Positions 15,005-23,045 of a DNA stretch of 32,000 nucleotides are shown here, one piece after another. Origin of the DNA: Microcystis aeruginosa NIES-843 (lineage in GTDB: Bacteria; Cyanobacteriota; Cyanobacteriia; Cyanobacteriales; Microcystaceae). The stretch lies in the NCBI RefSeq assembly GCF_000010625.1, contig NC_010296.1, positions 3,630,001 through 3,662,000 on the forward strand, written 5' to 3'. The first letter of the stretch is position 1. Each line of letters starts with the position of its first letter. The notes below the pieces were generated by a model that saw only the letters and a program-made list of their open reading frames with translations, did not search any database and was not told the DNA's origin. The translations under genes were made by a program, and so were the position numbers.

Positions 15005-15592
15005 TTGGAAAGAGCAAGCTACTCAGATTGGCAGCCCGACTTTAGAAATTTAGGGGGAAAACTAAAAGAAATACTAATTAAAGCGTTGATGACAGAACAG
15101 GGGGAAATATGTTGTTATTGTGAAAGTCGATTGGTTTATGGTGAATGCCATATAGAACATTTTAAACCTCAGAGTGATCCCACTGTTGATCCCTTAGATT
15201 ATGCCAATTTGCTATGTTCCTGTCAGGCAAATCTTACGCCTAGTGAACCTCGGCACTGTGGTAATCTAAAAAATAACTGGTTTGATGAAAATCTCTTAAT
15301 CTCTCCACTTAATCCCGATTGTGAGTCTCACTTTGCCTTTAACTATGATGGTACAATTAAACCCGCACAAGAAGATGATCAAAAAGCAATTAATACTATC
15401 GAAAAGTTGGGATTAAACCTCAATAAACTCAAGGCACTTCGTAAGGCAGCCATCGATCCTTTTTTGGATGAGGAGATAGATAATGCTCAATTAAAAGTTT
15501 TTGTCAATGGATATTTATGCTTAGATGATCAACAAAGATACACTCCTTTCTGGACAACAATCAAATATCTGTTCAGCGATTTAATTGAATAA
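15005..15592 (+). CDS. HNH endonuclease, PtuB/TIGR02646-like; the N-terminus appears frameshifted
   Basis: CCYCESRL...CHIEHFKPQS...HCGNLKNNW HNH motifs. The longest ORF starts at a TTG. A 30-codon ORF from ATG 14961 (ATGA overlap with the upstream stop) encodes the expected N-terminus MKYIRKRQEPPEFKNWKEQA in another frame. Confidence 0.7.
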   Translation: MERASYSDWQPDFRNLGGKLKEILIKALMTEQGEICCYCESRLVYGECHIEHFKPQSDPTVDPLDYANLLCSCQANLTPSEPRHCGNLKNNWFDENLLISPLNPDCESHFAFNYDGTIKPAQEDDQKAINTIEKLGLNLNKLKALRKAAIDPFLDEEIDNAQLKVFVNGYLCLDDQQRYTPFWTTIKYLFSDLIE

Positions 15593-15788
15593 TCTTTCCT
15601 TTACAAAAATACAAGGATTATTATAAAAGTTTAGATAAACAAGAAAAAATATCAAGTCTTATGAAGATTATTCAAGAATTATCTCAAAAGTCAACAATTG
15701 ATGAGATTCTGGCCAGATAATTGGGATGGAGGGGTGAATCAACCTGATCCGAAAAAGAGATTGTTGTCGAGAGTCGGAGAGAAAAGCA

Positions 15789-15938
15789 ATGAATATCAAG
15801 GATACGTTACACAATTTTGTCCAGTACCTAACGGAGGCTTTTGCTCGCATTTTTAGCCCCAACAATGATGAGTATCCCGATGTGGGGATGCAGCCTTTTG
15901 ATTCTGAACCTTACCATGCTCCCAAGAGTAATTCTTAA
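15789..15938 (+). CDS. Possible 49-aa small protein
   Basis: ATG preceded by GGAGAG. MNIKDTLHNFVQYLTEAFARIFSPNNDEYPDVGMQPFDSEPYHAPKSNS. It is below the ORF-track cutoff and no homology could be checked. Confidence 0.3.
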   Translation: MNIKDTLHNFVQYLTEAFARIFSPNNDEYPDVGMQPFDSEPYHAPKSNS

Positions 15939-16017
15939 CTAAAAATGACAGATAGTTGCTTTGAGATAAAAGTTATGGGTAGGGATAATAACCCTACCTG
16001 ATTTTATAGAAAAATAA

Positions 16018-16398
16018 TTAATCCTCTGCTTGCCAATCGGGACAACTATCACTATCCCAACCGTAGGGATGGAAACCGCAGACGAGAAGATTACCTCCGT
16101 AGATATAACCGTGATAATTACGGCAACCGATACAAGCAGGATGGGTGTTAGGATCGGGGTTAACCTTAGGAGTGAGGGTAAAATCCGAGGGTTCATCTAA
16201 TTCCGAAAATAGGGACTCATCGAGGTTAAAAAATTCTTCTAATTCCTGGGGTAAAACCTCTTGAATAAACTGTTCCAGATCGATGATAATTTCCTCATTG
16301 ATTTCTTCGATAGTTTGGGTAACTTCTTGGAAAAAAGTTTCAATTCCCAGTGCCACAGTTTCGATCACTTCCCAAAAATCTTTCGGCCAATCGTTCAT
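16018..16398 (-). CDS. Hypothetical protein with an acidic N-terminal half and a Cys/His-rich C-terminal domain
   Basis: HPACIGCRNYHGYIYGGNLLVCGFHPYGWDSDSCPDW looks like a metal-binding module. Intact 126-aa ORF. Confidence 0.6.
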   Translation of the reverse strand: MNDWPKDFWEVIETVALGIETFFQEVTQTIEEINEEIIIDLEQFIQEVLPQELEEFFNLDESLFSELDEPSDFTLTPKVNPDPNTHPACIGCRNYHGYIYGGNLLVCGFHPYGWDSDSCPDWQAED

Positions 16399-16457
16399 GT
16401 TTATACTTGCATCCCTTGTCTGGTAATAATTAATTATTTGTCGCTAAAATCTAGGTT

Positions 16458-16823
16458 TTAATCCCGTTGCAGTTTCCGTAATTCCTCCTGAAGACGTTCC
16501 ACCTGTTGCCGCAATTCATCTACTTTTGGATCGGCTGCTTTGGTGTCCTCCTCATCTTCAATAATTTCTATCCGTCGGGGTTCATGGGGAATATTAGATT
16601 CGTTACCTGCCACCGTTTGCTGTTGTGCCTGTTTCACCAACTCATCAACGTATTTGCGCGCTTCTTCTGTCGTCATTTCGCCGCGAGAAATCATTTCATC
16701 GGCTAATTTTTGGGCTTGATTTCTTAATTCTTGTAAATTTACTTCAGCTTTTTCGGCGGCATAAGTAGCAATGCCTACGCCCAAATAAACTGCTTTTTTG
16801 ACTAAATCACCTAAGTTCGCCAT
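16458..16823 (-). CDS. Phasin-family (PhaP-like) protein
   Basis: From ATG 16823: MANLGDLVKKAVYLGVGIATYAAEKAEVNLQELRNQAQKLADEMISRGEMTTEEARKYVDELV. The family call is from memory of cyanobacterial phasins. Confidence 0.55.
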   Translation of the reverse strand: MANLGDLVKKAVYLGVGIATYAAEKAEVNLQELRNQAQKLADEMISRGEMTTEEARKYVDELVKQAQQQTVAGNESNIPHEPRRIEIIEDEEDTKAADPKVDELRQQVERLQEELRKLQRD

Positions 16824-16903
16824 AGCAAAAATCCTGAATCGATCGCTCTTACTTCCTAGAATAAACGATCCTTCTCCCAAATGGAGATGGGTTTTGGGAG
16901 TGA

Positions 16904-16938
16904 GTGAACAGTGAACAGTAAACAGTAATCAGTGAACG
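16904..16938. repeat. Heptamer tract GTGAACA GTGAACA GTAAACA GTAATCA GTGAACG
   Basis: Read directly. Same family as 11108..11135. Confidence 0.9.
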
Positions 16939-17012
16939 CTTGCGCCGCTAATGTAACACCGTGAACATTTTTCAGCCAATATCCAAGAGAGCCATCGGTG
17001 AACTGAAAACTC

Positions 17013-17120
17013 ATACTAAATCCGTTGAGTATAAGCTAGTTATGAGGAGAGGCACTCATGCAAAAGGCAAGAGGCAAAAGGGAGAATAAATAATCAGTTT
17101 TTAATAAACGGATTTAGTAT
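17013..17120. mobile_element. Small nested MITE-like insertion with 14-bp perfect TIRs ATACTAAATCCGTT / AACGGATTTAGTAT
   Basis: GAACTGAAAACTCA is followed by this element and then TCACATCTGATAACTGATAA. At 11133..11165 the same flanks are contiguous (GAACTGAAAACTCAAATCTGATCACTGATAA). Confidence 0.65.
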
Positions 17121-17125
17121 CACAT

Positions 17126-17167
17126 CTGATAACTGATAACTGGTAACTGGTAACTGATAACTGATGA
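17126..17167. repeat. Heptamer tract CTGATAA x2, CTGGTAA x2, CTGATAA, CTGATGA
   Basis: Read directly. Confidence 0.9.
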
Positions 17168-17443
17168 GGTAAAGTTTTGTAAATAGATGCGGTGGTGGCG
17201 ACACCAAAATTGATCGCTATAAAGATTAAATTTTAGTCAAATTGCTGGTTTTTCGCCCTCAAAACGACGATAGAGCCTCATCAGGTCATTTTTGACCTAA
17301 ATAGTTTGATTAAGCTCAAAATAACTAAATATTGCGGATAGCTGCCGGCAGCTGGCTGCCGGCTGAATCGATTTGTGTTCATCCTCAGCAAAGATTTAAA
17401 CTAAAGAATCGAGACAAGATTCCCGATTTAATCACAAAAAACT

Positions 17444-18430
17444 ATGTTTCCTATTCATCGCCCCCGTCGTCTGCGTCAAACCCCTCAAATGCGCCGTCTG
17501 GTGAGTGAAACCGTCTTGACAGCCAATGACTTTATCTATCCCCTTTTCGCCACGGCGGGGGAAGGTATTGCCCGAGAAGTCAAATCGATGCCGGGGGTGT
17601 ACCAATTATCAATCGATAAAATTGTTGACGAAGCCAAGGAAGTGCGGGATTTAGGAATCCCAGCGATTATTTTATTCGGGCTGCCGGAAAGTAAAGACAC
17701 AGAGGCGACGGGAGCATGGCACGATCATGGTATTGTCCAAAAAGCGGCCACAGCAATTAAAGAGGCAGTTCCCGATCTACTCATTGTCGCTGATACTTGT
17801 TTGTGTGAATATACTAACCACGGTCATTGTGGTTATCTACAAACGGGAGATTTAACCGGCAGGGTGTTAAACGATCCCACTCTGGGATTATTGCAAAAAA
17901 CCGCCGTTTCCCAGGTAAAAGCGGGAGTGGATATCATTGCACCGTCGGGAATGATGGATGGTTTTGTGCAGGCAATTCGTCAAGGATTGGATGAGGCCGG
18001 TTATAGTGATACACCGATTCTTTCCTATACGGCTAAATATGCCTCTGCCTATTATGGGCCGTTTCGGGATGCCGCCGATTCTACCCCCCAATTCGGCGAT
18101 CGCAGAACCTACCAAATGGATCCGGGTAATGCCAGGGAAGCTTTAAAAGAGGTGGAATTAGACGTATTAGAGGGAGCAGATATGTTAATGGTAAAACCTG
18201 CCCTGTCTTACCTGGATATTATCTGGAGAATCAAGGAAATGACTAATTTACCCGTGGCTGCCTACAATGTATCGGGGGAATATTCAATGATTAAAGCGGC
18301 GGCGTTAAATGGCTGGATTGACGAAAAACGAGTGACTTTAGAGACTTTAACCAGCTTTAAACGGGCGGGTGCCGATATTATCTTAACCTACCACGCTAAG
18401 GATGCCGTGCGCTGGTTAGCAGAGGGTTAA
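17444..18430 (+). CDS. hemB: Porphobilinogen synthase (delta-aminolevulinate dehydratase)
   Basis: Full-length 328 aa. Cys-rich metal site [14 protein letters not shown]; the MVKPA motif contains the Schiff-base lysine; YNVSGEY. Confidence 0.9.
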   Translation: MFPIHRPRRLRQTPQMRRLVSETVLTANDFIYPLFATAGEGIAREVKSMPGVYQLSIDKIVDEAKEVRDLGIPAIILFGLPESKDTEATGAWHDHGIVQKAATAIKEAVPDLLIVADTCLCEYTNHGHCGYLQTGDLTGRVLNDPTLGLLQKTAVSQVKAGVDIIAPSGMMDGFVQAIRQGLDEAGYSDTPILSYTAKYASAYYGPFRDAADSTPQFGDRRTYQMDPGNAREALKEVELDVLEGADMLMVKPALSYLDIIWRIKEMTNLPVAAYNVSGEYSMIKAAALNGWIDEKRVTLETLTSFKRAGADIILTYHAKDAVRWLAEG

Positions 18431-18518
18431 ACTTGATGATTGAACCCACCATGCCGATCAGGATAAGGGGGTGGTGAGGTTGCTACTCTTAATTCTAGGG
18501 ATTACCTGAAAAAAATAC

Positions 18519-18654
18519 TGGCTCTTCTCGAATTTTTTGTGTGACAATTTTTGCTTATGTAATCCTGAAGTGCTTATTTGGCAAGACTTTTAGGACTACT
18601 TTGCGGATATTCTATCAGTATAGACCTCGTTTCCACACAGAAACCAGAAGAGCC
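18519..18654. mobile_element. 136-bp MITE with GGCTCTTCT TIRs and an 8-bp target duplication AAAATACT
   Basis: AAAATACT at 18511..18518 and 18655..18662. The uninterrupted host sequence GGGATTACCTGAAAAAAATACTTTCCAAC is present at 23049..23077. Confidence 0.8.
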
Positions 18655-18716
18655 AAAATACTTTCCAACGATTGAGTTCAGGAGCGGTAGATAACCTCTC
18701 ATTCCAGCAACTACAT

Positions 18717-18931
18717 AGGGCTGGCTGAATAAATCTAAAAACTTTGTTGGGTAAGACTTTTAGACCTTTTGTCAATCAAAAAGTACTGGATCTGGGAGTG
18801 ATCGGGGGGAAATTTAGGCACTTTTTCCCTGAAAATTAGGTAATTGGCCACCTCAAAACTGGTAAAACCCCACACCCCACACCCCACACCCCACACCCTG
18901 CCCCCAGGAAAAACTTTTTCAGCAAACCCTA
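18717..18931. mobile_element. MITE, inverted copy of 1674..1887, containing (CCCCACA)4
   Basis: The reverse complement aligns along its length with 1674..1887. Confidence 0.8.
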
Positions 18932-18984
18932 CATAGCGCACTGCTGCAACAATTTGTAACCGATCGTGGAATCTATGATGCTTT

Positions 18985-21630
18985 TTATTTTTGGATGTTC
19001 AAGTGCCGACGGTTCCACAGTTTTAGTCCTTCAAACCAGAAAATACTGACAACTCCAGAAACTAAGCTGACCAGCAAATCATCAGTATGTAGAAATGAAA
19101 AGCTGAACAGGTGTCGTAGCAGGGGAACATAGAGAACTAATCCCAAAAACAGGAGTCCACCGCCGATCACCCACCACAAAGCCTGATTAGGAGCTTGGAG
19201 CATTTCTGGAATCGTTCGGGACCAGGAACGATTGGTTAAGATCATAGCGAGGTTGGAGATAATCAATGTCGTAAATGCTAAGGCACGAGCATCAAATTCA
19301 CTATTGCCGTTGTTATAGGCGATCGCAAATACAATAACCAGTACCACTAAAACGCTGGTTCCTTGAAGCAAGGCCAATCGCAACGTCCGACGACTGAACA
19401 AGGGTTCTTTGGGATTACGGGGGGGGCGACGCATAATATCGCTTTCTGCCGGTTCAGCTTCAAACACAACCGTGCAGGCCGGATCGATAATTAAGTGCAG
19501 AAAGGCAATGTGGATCGGGAGTAGCACCAAGGGCCAGCCAAACATGACTGGAATCAAGGACATACCGGCGATCGGAACGTGAACGGCCAAGGTATAGGCC
19601 ATCCCCTTTTTCAGGTTGTCAAAGATACGTCTGCCCAGTTTGACCGATTCGACGATGGATGAAAAATCATCTTTCAACAGGACCAGATCGGCAGACTCTC
19701 GCGCTACATCGGTACCCCGTTCACCCATGGCAATGCCGATATGGGCAGACTTGAGGGCCGGGGCATCGTTGACACCATCACCGGTCATGGCCACAATTTC
19801 CCCGGAGCGTTTCAGTGCATTGACAATCAATAGTTTTTGTTCGGGGACGACACGGGCAAAGATGTTGGTGCTTTGAATGCGATCGCGCAGTTCCGACTCA
19901 CCCATTTGCTCCAGTTCCCTACCGGTGATCACCTTGTCTAAAGGCCTGAGTCCAATCTGACGGGCAATGTTCTGGGCTGTTACCGGATAATCACCCGTAA
20001 TCATGACAACGCGAATTCCCGCACCATAGCATTCGGAGATCGCAGGTGCAACAGTAGGGCGCACCGGGTCTTCCAGGCCGATGAGTCCCACAAATTCAAA
20101 CTCAAAGTCGTGTTGTTGCACAGGTAAGCGATCGTCAGATTCCAAGTAGGCTAGAGGCCCAGATGACTCAAGAGCGTGAGTTTTGGGTAATGTTCCAATT
20201 TTGCGTCCTTGAGCGACTCCCAGAACTCGCAAACCTTCTCTGGCCATGGACTGGATCTGTTCGGCAAGCTCCTGTTGTTGAATCGGGCTGAAATGGCAGA
20301 GATCAGCGATCGCTTCTGGGGCCCCTTTTGCCGCAACGGTAAGCTCCCCCGTCAGGGATTCCCAGACACAGGACATGGCCAAGAGATCGGTGGACAGGGG
20401 ATATTCGCGCAGTAGTTGCCAATCGCTATGCAGGTGTTCAGTCTTGGCCAGGTAATCCCAACCAATTTGCTGCAACGCTTTCTCCATCGGGTCAAAGGGA
20501 TCTTTGCGACTCGCTAGAATGCCAAACTCGATCAGGGGATGAAGGACTTCGGGCAAGGGTTCGCGCTCGTGGAGCGTCACATCGTACAGATAAGCATTGG
20601 AGCCGCTGTAAACCAACAATTGTTTGACGGCCATTTGGTTCAATGTCAGGGTTCCAGTCTTATCGACACAAAGAACGGTGACAGAACCCAGGGTTTCAAC
20701 CACTGGAATGCGACGAGTTAGTACCTGTTTTTGCGAGAATCGCCACGCTCCCAGAGCCAGAAAGATGGCCAGCACCACCGGAATTTCATTGGGCAAAATT
20801 GCCATCGCCAGGGCTAATCCTGCCAAAAAGCCATGCAACCAATCGGCCCGGGTTAGTCCATAAATCACGACCACCGCCGCGCAAATGGCAAGCGCAATCA
20901 TCGTCAATTTACCGACAATGCGACGGGTTTCTTTCTGTAAGACCGTGTCTTCCGGTTCAACCGTTTGCAGAGCTTTGCCAATTTTTCCCATTTCAGTATG
21001 TATGCCCGTTGCTTGCACCTGGGCAATGCCCTGCCCTTGCACCGCAAGAGTGCCAGAATAGACAGTGGGTAAGTCGTCTCCACCCGGTCTCAAGGTTGCT
21101 GAAAGTTTCTCTGGGTCTTCTTCCAGCTGGATGGTGCGTTTCCTGACCGGAACAGACTCCCCGGTTAACAGCGATTCATCAATCGTCAAGTGAGTCGACC
21201 ACAGCAAAATCGCATCCGCAGGAACGCGATCGCCCTCCTCCACCACGATCAAATCGCCCTGTACCACTTCTCGCCCCGCAATCCGCTGCCGCTCCCCATC
21301 TCGAATCACCAAGGCCCGAGGACTGGATAAGTCCCGCAGTGCTTCTAGAGAACGTTCCGTTTTTTGCTCCTGGTAAAGATTGATGCCAATAATAAAAAAG
21401 ACAAACCCCAACAAAATCAGAGCTTCTTGAGCATCACCCAAAAAGAGGTAGATGACACCACAGGCAATCAGGAGCAAGAAAATCGGCTCTTGGATAATGT
21501 CTAGGGCGATCCTTAAAAAAGTACGATGCTGGGTTGAGGGCAGTTCGTTGTAGCCATGCTGTTTCAAGCGATCGCCAGCTTCTTGGCTAGACAACCCGTT
21601 AAACTGCCTATTTTGCATAGGTGCAACCAT
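18985..21630 (-). CDS. Cation-translocating P-type ATPase (P2-type, Ca2+-ATPase-like), 881 aa
   Basis: N-terminal GLSSQEAGDRLKQHGYNELP, TGES, phosphorylation site CVDKTGTLT, MITGD, GDGVNDAPALK, and multiple TM segments. Confidence 0.9.
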   Translation of the reverse strand: MVAPMQNRQFNGLSSQEAGDRLKQHGYNELPSTQHRTFLRIALDIIQEPIFLLLIACGVIYLFLGDAQEALILLGFVFFIIGINLYQEQKTERSLEALRDLSSPRALVIRDGERQRIAGREVVQGDLIVVEEGDRVPADAILLWSTHLTIDESLLTGESVPVRKRTIQLEEDPEKLSATLRPGGDDLPTVYSGTLAVQGQGIAQVQATGIHTEMGKIGKALQTVEPEDTVLQKETRRIVGKLTMIALAICAAVVVIYGLTRADWLHGFLAGLALAMAILPNEIPVVLAIFLALGAWRFSQKQVLTRRIPVVETLGSVTVLCVDKTGTLTLNQMAVKQLLVYSGSNAYLYDVTLHEREPLPEVLHPLIEFGILASRKDPFDPMEKALQQIGWDYLAKTEHLHSDWQLLREYPLSTDLLAMSCVWESLTGELTVAAKGAPEAIADLCHFSPIQQQELAEQIQSMAREGLRVLGVAQGRKIGTLPKTHALESSGPLAYLESDDRLPVQQHDFEFEFVGLIGLEDPVRPTVAPAISECYGAGIRVVMITGDYPVTAQNIARQIGLRPLDKVITGRELEQMGESELRDRIQSTNIFARVVPEQKLLIVNALKRSGEIVAMTGDGVNDAPALKSAHIGIAMGERGTDVARESADLVLLKDDFSSIVESVKLGRRIFDNLKKGMAYTLAVHVPIAGMSLIPVMFGWPLVLLPIHIAFLHLIIDPACTVVFEAEPAESDIMRRPPRNPKEPLFSRRTLRLALLQGTSVLVVLVIVFAIAYNNGNSEFDARALAFTTLIISNLAMILTNRSWSRTIPEMLQAPNQALWWVIGGGLLFLGLVLYVPLLRHLFSFSFLHTDDLLVSLVSGVVSIFWFEGLKLWNRRHLNIQK

Positions 21631-21685
21631 AACACTTACCTAGGTTTTTCACACAGGCTATTCTCGCATATAAAGAGTTGGTAAT

Positions 21686-21867
21686 GGGAGCATCTCACCT
21701 TTGCAATGAGCATAAATACTTAGTGGAAAAATAGGCTTTTCGAGGGTAATTCTTGTTTTAATTCTCCATGTACGCAGTCTTTAAAAGCCTCTATTTCGTT
21801 CCAAGACACGATTAAGAGTGGCTTTTAGGCTAAGTATAATTACTTATCGCGTAAGTGAGATGCTCCC
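21686..21867. mobile_element. 182-bp MITE flanked by a 9-bp direct repeat GTTGGTAAT
   Basis: TIR GGGAGCATCTCAC...GTGAGATGCTCCC, extended with similarity for ~45 nt. Flanking GTTGGTAAT at 21677..21685 and 21868..21876. Confidence 0.8.
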
Positions 21868-22249
21868 GTTGGTAATTGCCTCCGGCTTACCGAAAAATTG
21901 GGTTTAAAGCCTCGCCCTTTGAGGGCGACTTTATATGATGTATAATATTAAAAATAGGGGGCCGGGTAAGCAACCGCTGAAAAAACCCAGTCATCAACCG
22001 ATGAACGCACCTTGAAAACTAGAGTTATGGGGTTCTCTAGGGGAATGCTCCTATAGGTAAAAGCTCTCAGCACCAAGTACCAAAGAAACCAATTATTTTA
22101 GAGGTTTGGAACTGTATCGTCGGGCAGACGAAAACAGGCTTCTGTAAGGTCGCGAAAGTCTGAGGAGAGAACCACCTCTAGGTGGGATTTCGCCAGGAAT
22201 CTAATTCAAGTGGACTCGTTGAGCCAGAAATTCACAGCAGTGATGCTAG

Positions 22250-22276
22250 AAAAATCCACGTCCGTTTACGGCGTGG
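22250..22276 (-). terminator. Rho-independent terminator downstream of coiled-coil gene A
   Basis: Minus strand: CCACGCC-GTAAACG-GACGTGG followed by ATTTTTCT. Confidence 0.6.
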
Positions 22277-22303
22277 GGTATGTCAATTCTGTCTGAGATT
22301 AGA

Positions 22304-22618
22304 TCAAATCTTTGAGAAGGTTGTCAGGAAAGCAACGGCGATCGCACTTGCCCCAAGAATAATTAATGTCCAGACCTGATTTTTTTGGGTTCCTTCCACT
22401 GATTTCAGGCGATTATCGATTCCCTCAACCTTTTCGGTTAACTTTGCCTGTCCTACCTCTAGCTTATTTAACCGTTCATCGATTTTGTCAAATTTTTGAT
22501 TAACATCTTTTTGGAGACTTTCAAATTTTTGAGTAACATCTTTTTGGAGATTGTCAATTTTCCCCTCAATCCTAGTCAAAACAGCTTCTAGGGAATAGGT
22601 AACGGTTTCGTTAGACAT
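22304..22618 (-). CDS. Coiled-coil protein with a C-terminal TM anchor (copy A, two QKDVxQKF units)
   Basis: From ATG 22618: MSNETVTYSLEAVLTRIEGKIDNLQKDVTQKFESLQKDVNQKFDKIDERLNKLEVGQAKLTEKVEGIDNRLKSVEGTQKNQVWTLIILGASAIAVAFL. The architecture recalls XhlA-like small membrane proteins. Confidence 0.65.
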   Translation of the reverse strand: MSNETVTYSLEAVLTRIEGKIDNLQKDVTQKFESLQKDVNQKFDKIDERLNKLEVGQAKLTEKVEGIDNRLKSVEGTQKNQVWTLIILGASAIAVAFLTTFSKI

Positions 22619-22763
22619 AGTATCAACTTCCATTAGATATATTTTCTCAGTCCGCTATCGGGGACTATTTTAAGACTAAACCGGTTCGAGGTTGTCTGAG
22701 AAGATCGTTTTTCTGGGATGACAAAACTTGAAACTGTGACTAATAGCCACGGGTTAATTCTAG

Positions 22764-23043
22764 CCCACATTCCGCACCCTAAAGTGTCACATTGAAAATT
22801 TTATCTAAATCGTCAAAACGATTGCCGGCTCTGAATTACAGGCTAGTTTGTTTGCCCAGCCGATGCACAATTAGCCCTAAAAATCTGATAGTTCTGATAC
22901 TAAATTATTGAGAGAAACTCTCATTAAGCTGGCGATCGCTGACTAGAGTGTGACACTTCATAATTCTTAGTAATCGCTAAAAGTCTTACTATACAAGGGC
23001 TAGAGCAACTTTTGATTTCAACAACTAGGGTGCGGAATGTGGG
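22764..23043. mobile_element. 280-bp MITE with perfect 18-bp TIRs CCCACATTCCGCACCCTA / TAGGGTGCGGAATGTGGG and TTCTAG target duplication
   Basis: TTCTAG at 22758..22763 and 23044..23049. The joined flanks TTAATTCTAGGGATTACCTG equal the uninterrupted sequence at 18488..18507. Confidence 0.85.
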
Positions 23044-23045
23044 TT

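Noticed and set aside
15668-16706. ORFs 15668..15865 (-), 15939..16196 (-), 16261..16461 (+), 16506..16706 (+)
   Set aside because: They are antisense or out-of-frame overlaps of better-supported genes (the 49-aa candidate, the Cys/His-rich protein, the phasin-like gene). Their products are hydrophobic and low-complexity.
17888-18146. ORFs 17888..18115 (-) and 17958..18146 (+) inside hemB
   Set aside because: They overlap a full-length, motif-complete hemB.
18735-18941. Minus-strand ORF 18735..18941
   Set aside because: It lies almost entirely within the MITE 18717..18931 and translates the heptamer tract (WGVGCGVWG).
19616-21146. Six short ORFs overlapping the P-type ATPase
   Set aside because: They are antisense or alternative frames of an 881-aa gene that has all P-type ATPase signature motifs.
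22150-22175. Hammerhead-ribozyme-like core (GAAAGTCTGAGGAG)
   Set aside because: The GAAA, GUC and CUGANGA-like elements are contiguous, with no room for stems I to III, and the CUGAGGAG deviates from CUGAUGA. This is a chance resemblance.
21950-22290. tmRNA, RNase P RNA, 6S or SRP RNA in the ORF-free segment
   Set aside because: There is no tRNA-like acceptor or T-arm (no GGTTCGAATCC-type loop, no 3' CCA context). There is no GAGGAAAGTCCGGGC or ACAGAAACATACCGCC RNase P block and no tag-peptide reading frame. The GGGGGCCGGG start only superficially resembles a tmRNA 5' end.
22182-22379. Plus-strand ORF 22182..22379
   Set aside because: It crosses a terminator hairpin and runs antisense into coiled-coil gene A.
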